The translations under genes were made by a program, and so were the position numbers. Under the pieces are notes generated by a model that was not told the origin of the DNA, did no database searches, and was given only the letters and a program-made list of their open reading frames with translations. A stretch of 64,000 bases of DNA from IMG/VR virus record IMGVR_UViG_3300044724_004089. One strand, 5' to 3'. The stretch is from an uncultured virus (IMG/VR IMGVR_UViG_3300044724_004089) (lineage: Duplodnaviria > Heunggongvirae > Uroviricota > Caudoviricetes). Below, one piece after another: positions 14,540 through 27,700 of this stretch (positions within the stretch are counted from its first letter, which is position 1; every line of letters begins with the position of its first letter).

Positions 14540-14965
14540 ATGACAAATTATGACGCAACAAGTACAAATAAGTCAAAAAGACTTACAAAAATCTATTCTG
14601 ATTTAGATTTAGATTTTGGTCGTAACTCTGTTACAAATGATGTTAATAAATTAGAAGATGCAGAGGCAGTAAAAAGAAGTGTTCGTAACTTAATTAACAC
14701 TTCACATTATGAAAGACCATTTCACCCAGAGATAGGTTCAAACGTAAGAGCAATGTTGTTCGAACCAATGACACCTTTAGTTGCTTTGAATTTACAGAGA
14801 AAAATAGAAGAGGTATTAAACAATTTTGAACCAAGAATTAAATTAGTGCAAATATTAGCAGAACCAGATTTTGACAGTAATAAGTATGCATTACAAATTA
14901 GTTTCTATGTCATAGGTGTACCTCAAATTCAAACCATAGAAACATTTTTAGAGAGATTAAGATAA
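14540..14965 (+). CDS. gp25: Baseplate wedge subunit gp25
   Basis: YSDLDL, AVKRSVRNL..T..YERPF.PEIGS, FEPRI. Confidence 0.93.
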   Translation: MTNYDATSTNKSKRLTKIYSDLDLDFGRNSVTNDVNKLEDAEAVKRSVRNLINTSHYERPFHPEIGSNVRAMLFEPMTPLVALNLQRKIEEVLNNFEPRIKLVQILAEPDFDSNKYALQISFYVIGVPQIQTIETFLERLR

Positions 14966-16842
14966 TGGCAAATACAAAATTAGAAGTATCAGAGTTAGAC
15001 TTTGACAATATTAAATCAAATTTAAAAGCATTTTTATCTAAACAAAATCAATTTTCAGATTACGACTTTGAAGGTTCTGGTATGGCAGTGTTATTAGATT
15101 TACTTGCATATAATACTCACTACCTTTCATTCAATGCAAATATGTTAGCAAATGAAATGTATATTGACAGTGCTGATATTAGAAAAAATATCGTATCATT
15201 AGGAAAGTTGTTAGGATATACTCCAACATCTCCTAAATCACCAGTTGCAGAAGTTGACATAGCAGTAAATGATGGTTCTGGTGCATCAATTACATTAAGT
15301 AGAGGAACTGTATTTACAACAACAGTAGATGGTACGTCATATCAATTTGTTACAAATGCTGACTTGACGATAAATCCTGTTAATGGTGTTTATAAATTTT
15401 CAAGTTGTAAATTATATGAAGGTACATTAGCAACTTTTAATTACACAGTTAACACATCAAATCTTGATCAAAAATTTATCATACCAAATGCTGATGCTGA
15501 TACAACAACATTAACAGTTACTATTCAAAATTCTGCTACAGATACAACAACAAATGTTTACACACTTGCAAGTAATTATCAAAATTTAACAGATACGTCA
15601 AAGGTGTATTTTTTACAAGAAGGTGAAGATGGTAAGTTTGAAGTTTATTTTGGTGACGGTATCGTAGGTAACGCACTTGAAGATGGTAACATTGTAAAGT
15701 TAGAATATGTTGTTACAAATAGAGAATTAGCAAATGGTGCCAGCACTTTTACATTACAAGGTACGATAGATGGTTTTTCAGATGTTACAATCACAACAGT
15801 TTCAAATGCTCAAGGTGGTGCAGATGAGCAATCAAAAGAATCAGTGAGATATAATGCACCTTTATCATACACTGCTCAAAATAGATGCGTCACAACTTCA
15901 GACTATGAAACAAAAGTTGTGCAATTATATCCAAATGCTCAGTCAGTTGTTGCTTGGGGTGGTGAAGATGATGAAACACCAGTTTATGGAAAAGTAAAAA
16001 TAGCAATCTATCCAAAATCAGGTTCGACACTTACAGAAACAACAAAAGATAGTATTGAAACAAGTTTAAAAACATTTAACGTGGGTTCTGTTCAACCTCA
16101 AGTTGTAGATGCAGATACTACAAACATTTTATTAACTTCAGCAATTAAGTATAATAAAAATAGTACATCACTATCCAGTGATACAATAAAAACAAATATC
16201 ATAACAGCAATTACAAACTACAACACTGACACGTTAACAAGATTTGATGGTGTTTTTAGATATTCAAAAATAGTGGGTTTAATTGATGATACAGATAATT
16301 CAATTGTATCAAACATTACAACAGTTAGAATGAGAAAATCTTTTACACCTACACTTAACTCATCAACAACGTATAATGTTTATTTTAGAAATGCAATTTA
16401 TAATCCACATTCAGGTCATAACGCAACCGCTGGTGGTGTAATTCAATCCTCAGGATTTAAAGTTAGTGGCAACACAGACACAGTTTATTTTTTAGATGAT
16501 GATGGTCAAGGTAATGTAAGAAGATACAGCATATCTGGTGGTGTTAGATCATATGCTAACAATACACAAGGCACAATAAACTATACAACAGGTGCCATTA
16601 CAATCAGTTCGTTAAATATATCATCAATAGAAAATATTAGAGGTGCAACTTCAACTACAATTGAATTAACAACGACACCAAACTCAAATGATATAGTTCC
16701 TGTTAGAGGACAAATTTTATTAATAGATGTAGCAAATTCTAGTTTCACAGTTGAAGAAGATACATTTGAAGGTGGTTCTTCTGATGCTGGTGTAGGGTAT
16801 ACTACAACTAATGCTTATACATCTGCATCAACTAGTTACTAA
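14965..16842 (+). CDS. gp6: Baseplate wedge subunit gp6
   Basis: LDFDNIK, DYDFEGS..LLDLLAYNTHY, QNRCVTTSDY, WGGED. Confidence 0.95.
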   Translation: MANTKLEVSELDFDNIKSNLKAFLSKQNQFSDYDFEGSGMAVLLDLLAYNTHYLSFNANMLANEMYIDSADIRKNIVSLGKLLGYTPTSPKSPVAEVDIAVNDGSGASITLSRGTVFTTTVDGTSYQFVTNADLTINPVNGVYKFSSCKLYEGTLATFNYTVNTSNLDQKFIIPNADADTTTLTVTIQNSATDTTTNVYTLASNYQNLTDTSKVYFLQEGEDGKFEVYFGDGIVGNALEDGNIVKLEYVVTNRELANGASTFTLQGTIDGFSDVTITTVSNAQGGADEQSKESVRYNAPLSYTAQNRCVTTSDYETKVVQLYPNAQSVVAWGGEDDETPVYGKVKIAIYPKSGSTLTETTKDSIETSLKTFNVGSVQPQVVDADTTNILLTSAIKYNKNSTSLSSDTIKTNIITAITNYNTDTLTRFDGVFRYSKIVGLIDDTDNSIVSNITTVRMRKSFTPTLNSSTTYNVYFRNAIYNPHSGHNATAGGVIQSSGFKVSGNTDTVYFLDDDGQGNVRRYSISGGVRSYANNTQGTINYTTGAITISSLNISSIENIRGATSTTIELTTTPNSNDIVPVRGQILLIDVANSSFTVEEDTFEGGSSDAGVGYTTTNAYTSASTSY

Positions 16843-19448
16843 TGGCAAAATTTACTAAAAAAATATCCAATCATATTGCTAGGCAAGTTCCTGATTTTGC
16901 TTTAGCAGAACACCCACAGTTTGTTGACTTATTAAAACAATATTTCATTTTTATGGAATCAGCAATGATTGTTGTAAAAGATATTTCATCAACTGATGGT
17001 ATCACACAAGAAACTGAAACAACAAACACTTTTACTTTATTATTAGATGGTACCAAATTAACAAACGATAGAACAGTTGCAGACGTTGGTGACAAGATAT
17101 TATTAGAGAGTTCAATTTATGGTAAATTTCAAAATGGTGAAGTAATTACAGGTTCTACTTCAGGTGCTACCACAACCATACTTGCAGATGATTTGGATAA
17201 TAATAAGTTGTACGTTATACACGAAGACAAATTTCAAAAAGGTGAAACGATCACAGGTAACACTTCTGGTGCAGAGGCAGTCATTGATTTATACAAACCA
17301 AATCCAGTTCAAACAATACAAGAGTTATTAAATTATCGTGATCCAGATAGAGTTATTGACACATACTTAACACAGTTTAGAGATGAGTTCTTACAAACAC
17401 TTCCTGACAATTTAGTTACAGGTTTAGATAAAAGAAACTTTATTAAAAATGTAAAAGGTTTGTACGAAACAAAAGGCACAAACGTAGGTCACTCATTATT
17501 TTTTAGAGTTTTATTTAATGAATTGTCAGAAACAATCTACCCTAGAGAAAATATGTTACGAGTGTCTGATGGTAAATGGGACACTCAAAGAATTATGAGA
17601 TGTAAAGCAACTGTTGGTGACACACTAAAATTAGTTGGAAGAACAATTACACAAAACAATGTAGCAGGTGATTCTAGCATTAACAAAGCAACTGCTGTTG
17701 TAGAAAATGTTTTTAAATTTCAAATTGGCACAGAAGAAGTTACAGAATTTGTTTTAAATGTTGATAGTATAGATGGTACTTTTGTAGCAGGTCAATCTGT
17801 AATTGGTACAGAAAATGATGACGACACTTTAGTAATAAAAGCAACGATATCAAGTGTGCCTGACGTATTTACATTTACAAATGATGGTGCATTATATTCA
17901 AGTGGTGACACAGTTACATTAAGTGATGCAGGTGGTGATGGTGCTATTGTTCAAGTTGATGAAGTTGGTCACGGTCAAATTGACGACATTGTAATTGATG
18001 CAGGTGGTTCTGGATATGAAGTAGGTGATGCTTTAGTTTTTGATAACTCTGGTACAGGAGGTAATTCTGTTCAAGCAAAAGTTTCAGTTGTAAATGGCGG
18101 TTTTACACCTGAAGATGCAAACAGTAATTCTGATGGTAGTTTTACAGACGATCACATTATACTAGAAGATGAAACACAAAAGGGTGATCTATACACAGGA
18201 AATAAATTTGTTCAAGAAAGTGGTACAGGTTCAGGTGACATAACAGATATTCGTTTTATTAATAATGGTTTTGGTTATAATGCATTACCTAGTATCACTG
18301 TTACATCATCAGGAGGTGCAGACGCATCTCTCATAGCATTTGGTTCTGAAGTAGGTAGAATACTTTCTGTTAAAGTTCCCAATCACGGTATTGATTACAA
18401 TGAATCTCCTTCTCCACCTACAGTGAGTTTTACACAAAATTTAGTATTAAAAGATTCATCAGCAACAGCATTTTCTGCCGGTGAAACAATTACAGGTAAT
18501 GATAGTTCATCAACTGTTATTACAGCAATCGTAGTTAGTTATAATCCTACACTTGAATTATTGAAAGTAAAAAGTTCTACAGGCACATTTGAATTAATGT
18601 CTACTATTACAGGTGGTACATCAGGTGCAACGGCGTCAGTTGCTAAAAATGATAGAGCAACGGGAACAGTTACAGTCAATACTACAACAACAACTTCAGG
18701 TCTGTTTATAAATGAAGATGGTCACGTTTCAGAAAACACAATGAGAATACAAGATAGTTTATACTATCAAGATTTTTCTTATGTTATAAAAGTTGGTCGT
18801 TCAATTGTAGAATGGAGAGATAGTTTTAAGAAGACAATGCATACAGCAGGTTTTTACTATGCTGGTGAAGTGAATACAGAAACAAGATTAAATGCACAAA
18901 TTAAAACACCTGTTGAAGGTATTACAACTGGTATCAGTGAAACACCAATTATGTCAGTATTCGACTTTATCTTTAGTCCTTTAATAGGTAGAAGATTGGG
19001 CACAGCGTCAGATGGCACAACTCTAAAAGCAACACCTCAAGCAGTGGGTTCAAGTGCAGATAGAAGTACATTTTTAACTAATTCAACAAGAGATGTGACT
19101 CTAACCAAAGAAACTAAAGTATCATTTCTAGTTAAAGAGAAAACAACCATAAGAAGTAACACAACGATATTTGGTCGTCCTGTATCGCATAATTTTAGAA
19201 CACTAAATAATAATTTATTGAATGAGTATGTTGCTACCAGAATTAGTTTAGAAAGTTTAAATAATATAACGTTATCAGGAACACTTAATACAGATATTGA
19301 TGGGTTAGGATTTGAGTTAGGTGATTTAAGCACACTAGCAAAAACAAAGTTTACACTACCATCAGAAATATGGCAGACAAGTGAAGATAGTTTTGATGAA
19401 ACTTTAACAACTTTTGATGCCACAGATGCAACATTTGATGCAGTATAG
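16842..19448 (+). CDS. gp7: Baseplate wedge initiator gp7
   Basis: Position between gp6 and gp8; LYETKGT..LFFRVLF and IQDSLYYQDFSYVIK..HTAG motifs. Confidence 0.85.
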   Translation: MAKFTKKISNHIARQVPDFALAEHPQFVDLLKQYFIFMESAMIVVKDISSTDGITQETETTNTFTLLLDGTKLTNDRTVADVGDKILLESSIYGKFQNGEVITGSTSGATTTILADDLDNNKLYVIHEDKFQKGETITGNTSGAEAVIDLYKPNPVQTIQELLNYRDPDRVIDTYLTQFRDEFLQTLPDNLVTGLDKRNFIKNVKGLYETKGTNVGHSLFFRVLFNELSETIYPRENMLRVSDGKWDTQRIMRCKATVGDTLKLVGRTITQNNVAGDSSINKATAVVENVFKFQIGTEEVTEFVLNVDSIDGTFVAGQSVIGTENDDDTLVIKATISSVPDVFTFTNDGALYSSGDTVTLSDAGGDGAIVQVDEVGHGQIDDIVIDAGGSGYEVGDALVFDNSGTGGNSVQAKVSVVNGGFTPEDANSNSDGSFTDDHIILEDETQKGDLYTGNKFVQESGTGSGDITDIRFINNGFGYNALPSITVTSSGGADASLIAFGSEVGRILSVKVPNHGIDYNESPSPPTVSFTQNLVLKDSSATAFSAGETITGNDSSSTVITAIVVSYNPTLELLKVKSSTGTFELMSTITGGTSGATASVAKNDRATGTVTVNTTTTTSGLFINEDGHVSENTMRIQDSLYYQDFSYVIKVGRSIVEWRDSFKKTMHTAGFYYAGEVNTETRLNAQIKTPVEGITTGISETPIMSVFDFIFSPLIGRRLGTASDGTTLKATPQAVGSSADRSTFLTNSTRDVTLTKETKVSFLVKEKTTIRSNTTIFGRPVSHNFRTLNNNLLNEYVATRISLESLNNITLSGTLNTDIDGLGFELGDLSTLAKTKFTLPSEIWQTSEDSFDETLTTFDATDATFDAV

Positions 19449-19450
19449 AG

Positions 19451-19458
19451 TATAAATA
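19451..19458 (+). promoter_or_regulatory. Late promoter TATAAATA
   Basis: Exact consensus in the intergenic gap. Confidence 0.8.
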
Positions 19459-19474
19459 TAGAGAAGAGTAAAAA

Positions 19475-20224
19475 ATGGCAAAACAAACAATCAACATAGG
19501 TTCTTCCGATAATGACGGAAACGGGTCAACACTTCGTGCAGGTGGTGATTTAATTAATGATAACTTTAATGAGTTATATAATAAATTAGGTGACGGAACT
19601 GACTTACACGGATTAACATTTCCAGATAGAACTGATACAGTTGTCACAAGAGATGCAACAGAAACGTTAACAAATAAAACGATCAACTCATCTAATAATA
19701 CCCTAGTAGGAGTTATTTCAGCAACTTCAACAGATACACTTGAAAACAAAACAATCGCCGCAGGTGACAACACAATAACAGGTTTAACAACAACTAATTT
19801 ATCAAGCACAGCAGGTATTACAAGTGCCCAACTCGCAGGTTCTATTGCGAATGATAAGTTAGCAAATTCATCAATAACAATAGGTGATGAAGGTTCAAAC
19901 AACAGAACAATATCATTAGGTGGTAGTTTAGATTTCATAGGCGATAGTGCTATAGGAACAGCAATTAATAATGATAGAGTTGAAATAACTTTTACTCAAC
20001 CAGCAATTGCAGTATCAAAGTTAACAACAAATACAAGAACAGCAACAGGTGATGGTTCTACTACCGTGTTTACAGTAACTAATGGTGTAACAGTGGATAA
20101 TGTATTAGTATTTGAAAATGGTGTGTGTCAAGAACCAACAACAGATTATACAATCTCAGGAACAAATTTAACATTTGGTACCGCACCCGCCGCTGGTGTT
20201 AAGATTGTAATTAGAGAGTTATAA
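19475..20224 (+). CDS. gp9/gp10-like baseplate-fibre connector
   Basis: MAKQTINIG..NDG.G.TLRAGG..INDNFNELY N-terminus of the gp9/gp10 family; C-terminal GDGSTT module. Confidence 0.75.
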   Translation: MAKQTINIGSSDNDGNGSTLRAGGDLINDNFNELYNKLGDGTDLHGLTFPDRTDTVVTRDATETLTNKTINSSNNTLVGVISATSTDTLENKTIAAGDNTITGLTTTNLSSTAGITSAQLAGSIANDKLANSSITIGDEGSNNRTISLGGSLDFIGDSAIGTAINNDRVEITFTQPAIAVSKLTTNTRTATGDGSTTVFTVTNGVTVDNVLVFENGVCQEPTTDYTISGTNLTFGTAPAAGVKIVIREL

Positions 20225-20232
20225 AAAAACAG

Positions 20233-20240
20233 TATAAATA
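20233..20240 (+). promoter_or_regulatory. Late promoter TATAAATA
   Basis: Exact consensus upstream of gp8. Confidence 0.8.
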
Positions 20241-20257
20241 GTATGAAGGATTAAAAA

Positions 20258-21727
20258 ATGTCAGCAATAATCACAAGCAAATTTAGAATTAATAACGCAG
20301 AGCAGTTTTTAGAGAGTTTTACAGAGGCAAGTCCAAATGTCTATTATTTAGGTATAGGCAAACCTCAAGCACACGCAACTCAAACAAGACCTGATGCAAG
20401 AACAGAAAATATGGGTTCAGACACAGCACCAGTAACACCTGCTGACAGTGTTGCTGATGAGTTTCACGTTTATGATGACGCACTTGCTGTTAAGAAAATA
20501 GCAACATCAGATATTTCACAAGTGATACCAAGAAGAAACTGGACAACAGGTACAGTATACGATTATTATAGACACGATTATGGTAACAGAGTTACAGGAA
20601 CAACCAATACACAATCAGCAGATAGTGGTGCAACAAATTTATTTGATGCTACTTTTTATGTAATGTCTAGTGCATTTAATGTTTATAAGTGTTTAGATAA
20701 TAATAGTGGTGCAAACTCAACAGTAGAACCAACAGGCACTTCAACTTCTATTTTAACCACTGCTGATGGTTACAAATGGAAATATATGTACACTCTATCT
20801 GCATCTCAACAAACAAACTTTTTATCAACAGATTTTATGGCAGTTGCAACTGATAGCACTGTATCATCTGCGGCGACAGATGGTGCTGTCAATATTGTAA
20901 AAATTAAAACTGCTGGATCAGGTGGTTCAGATGGAACACACACAAGTATACCGATTAGAGGTGATGGTTCATCTGGTACTGTTAGTGTTACTATTGCCTC
21001 TGGTGCCATATCAGCAGTAACAGTTACAAATGTGGGTTCAGGTTACACCATTGCTTATATTACACTTGCAGATATTAATAGTGCAGGTGGTGGTTCACTG
21101 TCAGGTGCAGAATTAGATTGTATAATTGAACCAAAGGGTGGTCACGGTTTTGATGCTAAAAAAGAATTAGGTGGTTTCTTCATAATGTTAAATACAACGT
21201 TCACAGGTGCAGAGGTGGCAAATACAAGTGATTTTACTGTATCAAATGATTTTAGAAAAGTATTTTTATTAAGAGATCCAAAATCAGGTGGTTCGGCCGC
21301 ATCTGCTACAACATTAAGAGCAACAAAGGCAGTTGTGTTTGCATCATCACCAACACCAGGTTCATTTGCTGTTGATGAGGAAATTAATCAAGCAACAACT
21401 GGTGCAGTTGGTAAAGTTGTAGAATATGACTCAACAAACAGAATTTTATTTTATATACAAACAAGATTTAATGACGAAGGTGCTGATAGTAATGGAAATA
21501 TAACAGCATTTAGTGGAGCAAATGTAATTACAGGTCAATCAACTTCAGCAACAGGTACTCCTGATACATCAGTTTCTACAACCGTAAATAATGTTTCATT
21601 TACAAGTGGTTATTCATCATCAGAGTTAGATGCTGACCAAGGTGATGTAATTTATTTAGAAAGTAGAACACCTATTGCAAGAGCAAGTGATCAGTCTGAA
21701 AATGTAAAATTAATCGTTGAATTTTAA
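20258..21727 (+). CDS. gp8: Baseplate wedge subunit gp8
   Basis: MSAIIT..FR, VIPRRNW, VYKCL.N, DGY.WKYMY, ENVKLIVEF. Confidence 0.92.
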   Translation: MSAIITSKFRINNAEQFLESFTEASPNVYYLGIGKPQAHATQTRPDARTENMGSDTAPVTPADSVADEFHVYDDALAVKKIATSDISQVIPRRNWTTGTVYDYYRHDYGNRVTGTTNTQSADSGATNLFDATFYVMSSAFNVYKCLDNNSGANSTVEPTGTSTSILTTADGYKWKYMYTLSASQQTNFLSTDFMAVATDSTVSSAATDGAVNIVKIKTAGSGGSDGTHTSIPIRGDGSSGTVSVTIASGAISAVTVTNVGSGYTIAYITLADINSAGGGSLSGAELDCIIEPKGGHGFDAKKELGGFFIMLNTTFTGAEVANTSDFTVSNDFRKVFLLRDPKSGGSAASATTLRATKAVVFASSPTPGSFAVDEEINQATTGAVGKVVEYDSTNRILFYIQTRFNDEGADSNGNITAFSGANVITGQSTSATGTPDTSVSTTVNNVSFTSGYSSSELDADQGDVIYLESRTPIARASDQSENVKLIVEF

Positions 21728-21736
21728 GGAGAATAG

Positions 21737-24700
21737 ATGCCAGCATCAACTGATTTTAACGTATCACCATATTATGATGATTTCTCTGAAAGTAAAAATT
21801 TTCATAGAGTTTTGTTTAGACCAGCATTTGCTGTTCAGGCGAGAGAGTTAACACAATCACAATCAATATTACAAAATCAACTTGAAAGATTTGGTGATCA
21901 CGTCTTTAAACAAGGTGCAATGGTTATACCTGGTCAGTTATCAATTGACACAGATTTTCACGCCATTAAATTAACTTCAAAATCAGCATCAAGTTTAAGT
22001 GATTATTTAAATTCAACACTGACAGGTGGTTCATCAGGAGTTCAAGGTTTTGTTACTAAGGTAGACGTTACTGATGGTACAGACCCAGACACACTTTACA
22101 TACGTTACACAAAAACTGGTACAGATAACGCAAAAACTGTTTTTGATGATGGTGAAACTTTAACATCAGATGCATCAGGTAACCCAACAGTAGTTGTAGC
22201 AACATCACACATTGGTTCTGCCGCCCAAGTTCAAGCAGGTGTTTACTACTTTGAAGGTTTCTTTATAAGAAATGATACAGAGACCATAGTTTTAGACAAA
22301 TACACAAATACATCAAGTTATAGAATTGGTTTTACAATTACTGAAAGTTTTGTATCACCAACTGATGATAGTTCATTAAATGATAATGCAACAGGTTCAT
22401 CAAACGAATCAGCACCAGGCGCCCATAGATTTAAAATATCATTAGCACTTGCTAAAAAAACTTTAGCATCAACAGAAGATTCAAACTTTTTTGAAATAGC
22501 AAGAATTGAAAATGGAGTAACAAAGAGATTAGTACGAGCAACAGAATATGCTGTGTTAGAGGATAATTTAGCAAGAAGAACATTTGATGAGTCAGGTCAT
22601 TATACGTTAGCACCATTAAAAGCAGAAGTACGGGAGCATTTATCAAGTGGTAATAATAGAGGTATATTTACATCAGGTAATGGTGGTAGTGCAACTAAAT
22701 TAGCAATAGCATTTGATCCATTTAAAGCATACGTTCAAGGTTATGAAATAGATAACATTGCAACATCTTTTGTTGCTATTGATAAAGCAAGAGATTTTGA
22801 TACAGAAAACAATTACAAAACAAGATATGATATTAAGAATTTTGTTAATGTAAATAATGTTTATGGTCAACCAGATATAACATTTGTAACTGGTGATGTT
22901 GAGGCATTCAAAACATTAACACTATTTGACACAAAAACTGATTCTAGAGGAACATTACAATCATCAACAGGTACAACAGTTCCAGAAATAGGTAGAGCAA
23001 AGACTAGAGGTTTTGAATATGTATCGGGTACGGAAACAAATGACATTTACGCCTCTGACTCTACTACTATTTTTAGACACTATCTATTTGATATTGAAAT
23101 GTTTACTAGAATTAGTATACCAACATCAGTTTCATTTACAACAGGTGAAAAATTAACAGGTGCATCTAATGGTGGTTCAGGTATTGTTCAATCTGTAACT
23201 GAAACAAAAAGTGCGGCGGTTTCAAGCATAACAGCATCAGGAACAGACATTGAAGGTGCTTTTTCGGCGGCAGTTGTAACTTTATCAAGTCACGGTTTCA
23301 AAGATGGTCAACAAATTACCTTATCAGGTGGAACTTATTCTGTTGACAGTGTGTCAATTACTGATGATACAATTTACACAGTAAAAAATACTACAACAAA
23401 CACATTTGAGTTGTATGATGCGTCAGGAGAAAATATTGTAAACGTAACAGACTTTTCATCAGGACCAACAACAACCCATACAGTTATTGTATTAAGTGAT
23501 GTACAAAGATTTTTTGAGGCAGGTGAAGTTGTAAATGGTGCTACATCAAGTGCTACAGGTACAATTCAATCAGACAGATATGGTTATAAAGGTGTAAGAA
23601 CAGCAGACATTTCAGAAGTAAAACAAATAGGTATGTCTGGTTCACCAAACTATACTGCTGACACAGATTTATCATCAACATACGGTGATAATCTCACACT
23701 TACAGGAAACATTACAGTTGCTAACAGTAGTTCTACTGTAACAGGTTCTGGTACTAATTTTAATACACAGTTAAAAATTGGTGATCAAATTACTTTTACA
23801 AATGATGCCGGCACTTCAGTTACTAAATTAGTAAAATTTATTGATTCTGCTACATCATTAACTTTAGAGAGTGCTGTAGGTAGTGCAGATATTTCTACTG
23901 CTAAAATTGCCACAAGACAAAGAGCAAAATTACAAAACCCAGAGAACAACATAAACATATTTAAGTTACCATTTCAAACTGTTAAAACATTAAAGACAAC
24001 AGATAATGGTTTAGTCACTGATACAAACTTTAATGTAAGAAGAAACTTTGTAGGTACACTATCTTCAAATGGTGATTTATCACTGACAACAGGAACAAAT
24101 GAAACTTTTGCGTCATTAAACAATGACGATTTCTCAGTTACTATTATGTCAACTGGTGCTGGTGGCACAGGAGCAGTAGGTGATGTATTAAACTTATCAG
24201 GTAATAATCACGAAGGTGATGCAATCTTTACACTTTCCGGTTCTCCAACTGGTAGAACATTAACATTAGATTTTGGTGCAAACTTTAATGGACATAAAGT
24301 TAAAATATTAGCAACTGTTACAAGAAGTGTAGCACCTTCTAAATCAAAAACATTAAACGAAGATGAAACATTACAAGTATCAACTCAAGCAACTATTGAA
24401 AGTGGTGTTATTGGTTTAGGTAAAGCAGATATTAATGCTTTAAATAAAGTTTATATGTCTGCCGATTTTAGCACTGATGCAACTTCAAGTGATACTGACA
24501 TTACAGACAGATTTGATTTAGACAATGGTCAAAGAGATAACTACTATGACATTGGTAGAATTAAATTAAAAAAAGGTAAGTTAAAACCAACAGGAAGATT
24601 GTTAATCGATTTTGATTTCTTCTCACACGGTACAGGTGACTATTTTGATGTTGATAGTTATTCTGGTGTTGTCGATTATGAAAACATACCTTCATACACA

Positions 24701-27700
24701 TCAGATACAACAGGTGAAATTTTTCAATTAAGAGATTGTTTAGATTTTAGACCTAGAGTTGATGATGCATCAACAATTAATTCAGGAAATGCAGACAGAA
24801 GTTATGATGGATCAGGTGCATCAGATTGTGATGTTGTAGAGTTCAATAATGATGTTACTGCTGACTTTGAATATTATCTGCCTAGAATTGATAAGATATT
24901 TTTAACAAGACAAGGCGATTTTAAAGTTTCTAAAGGTGCATCAGCACTAGACCCAGAATCACCATCTAATTTAGATGGACATTTATATATCGCAGAAATG
25001 TTTTTACCTTCTTACACTTTAAGAACAGATGATGTTCAATTATCAATGCAAGAAACAAAAAGATATACAATGAGAGATATAGGTGCTATTGAAAAAAGAA
25101 TTCACAATGTAGAATATTACACTCAACTATCATTATTAGAGGCAGACTCTAAAAATTTACAAATACAAGATGCAGACGGTTTTGATAGATTTAAAAATGG
25201 TTTCGTGGTAGACAATTTCTCAGGTCACAATATTGGTGACGTAGCAAATAATGATTACAAATTTGCTGTTGATAGAGCAACAGGTCAAGGTAGAGGTATT
25301 TACTTCTCTGATGCTGTAGATTTAGAAGAAGTAGATGATGATGGTTCAGCAATTGTTGCCGCCGATAGAACAGATGCAGGATATGCCAGAACTGGCGATT
25401 TAATTACATTACCATACACTGAAGAAACATTTATTGATGTTCCATTTGCAACAGCAACAGAAAATCTAAATCCTTATGCTGTGTTTAACTGGATAGGTGA
25501 CATAGAATTAGATCCTCCAGTAGATGAATGGAAAGATATTGTGAGAATCCCCGATCTACAAGTAAATATAAGAGGTTCGTTTGATAACTTTGCAAGAGAT
25601 AGAGGATTTAACAATCCTAATATTACAGAGATACCTTTGGGAACAGAATGGAATGAATGGCAAGATGCTTGGACAGGAAATACAACTGTACAAAATCAAG
25701 GTTGGAATATTGTTACGAATACAACAATAGGTCAAACAAGAACTGGTGTTCGTTCAACTGCTGTACCACTAACTGTATTAGAAAATTTAGGTGACAGAGT
25801 TGTTGGTGTTAACTTTATACCATTTATTAGAAGTAGAGATATTTCTTTTACAGCAAGAGGTATGAGACCAAATACAAGAGTTTATGCTTTCTTTGATAAT
25901 GTAGATATTAATTCTTATGTTACACCAACAAGTGGTTCTCTTGGTGGTAGTATTGTAACTGATGCTAACGGAACAGCAACAGGTTCTTTTGCAATTCCTG
26001 ATCCTAGTGTAGATTCTAATCCAAGATGGAGAACAGGTAAAAGAATATTTAGATTAACTTCATCATCAACTGATTCAGAAGATAAAACAAATGTGGCAAC
26101 TTCAGCAGAGGCAGATTACGTTGCTAGAGGTTTACAAGAAACAATTAGAAATGTTGTAACATCAACAAGAGAATTGCAAATTAGAAGAACATCAGTTACA
26201 GGTTCAAGAACAACACAAAGAACAAGTATCACTACAAGACCTAGACCTCAACCTACCGGATTTGGAGGCGGTGGTGGTGGTGGTGCTGGTGCTGGTGGTG
26301 ATCCACTTGCACAGTCATTTATGGTGGATAAAGACAATGGTATGTTTATATCAAGTGTAGAAGTTTTCTTTGCAACTAAGTCTTCAACAATACCTGTTAG
26401 AGCAGAAATTAGAAATATGGTTAACGGTTATCCTGGTCAAGAAGTTCTACCTTTTGCCGTAAAGTATTTAAATCCATCAGAAGTTAATATAAGTACAGAC
26501 GGAACATCTGGAACAACTTTTACATTTCCTTCACCTGTTTATCTACACGAAGATACTGAATACTGTTTTATTTTATATTCAGATTCATTTGATTACACAG
26601 CATATATTTGTAAACTAGGTGAAAAGACTTTAGATAGTTCAAGAATAGTTTCAAAAATACCTGATTTAGGCATTTTATTTAAATCAAGTAACTATAGAAC
26701 TTGGACACCATTTCAAATGGAAGATTTAAAGTTTAAATTAAACAGATGTAAATTTACAACAGGTACAACAGGAACAGTAACTTTTGCTAATAAAGATATT
26801 TCAACAAAAACATTAAAGGCAAATCCATTAACAACTTTTAATGGTACAGGTTTAATAAGAGTTAGTCATCCAAATCACGGTATGTTATCAACATCTGATA
26901 ATGTAACAATTGCAAACGTATCATCAGGCACATATAATGGTATTTCTAATAGTGATATAAATGGTACATATACATCAATATCAAATATGACTTTTGACAG
27001 TTATGATATTACAACAAGTGGTACAGCAAATGCTACAAGTGAAGTGGGTGGTTCAAGTATCACCGCAACACAGAATAGACCTTTTGACGTTTTACAATTA
27101 CAAGTTGGTCACGTTGTTCACCCAGACACTACAGTAACATCAACTGTAAGAACAACATCAGGTAAATCATTACACGGTACAGAAACACCTTTTGCTTTAC
27201 AATCGGCAAGTGATGCGAAGTCTATTTCATTAAATAAAAACATTTACTTTACAAATCCTAGATTAGTAGCATCATCTATAAATCAAACAAATGAAATGTC
27301 ATCTACCACCAATTTTAAATCAATGTTGTTAAACGTGTCAATGACAAGTACGTCAGATAATATGTCACCTGTTATTGACGTGAAGAGATTAACTGCATTT
27401 ACAATTCAAAATCGTGTAAGTAATCCTACAGCATCATCAACAGATACATTTACAGGTGATGGTTCAACAACAGCATTTACATTAAGTGCAACACCATCAA
27501 GTGCCCATATAATGCAAGTTAAAAAGAATGGTGTGCTATTAGAACCAATTGATGATTACACTGTATCAAGCACAACGTTAACTTTAGGTACAGCACCAGC
27601 ATCAAATGATAAAGTTGTTGCAAAGATTACAAACACAGTAAACTTTATTGAAGATACAGAAAATGAAGGTGGTTCGTCTTCAGCAGTGTATTTAACAAGA

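Noticed and set aside
19037..19938. - strand ORFs 19037..19486 and 19351..19938, and similar short antisense ORFs throughout
   Set aside because: Shadows of well-supported + strand structural genes.
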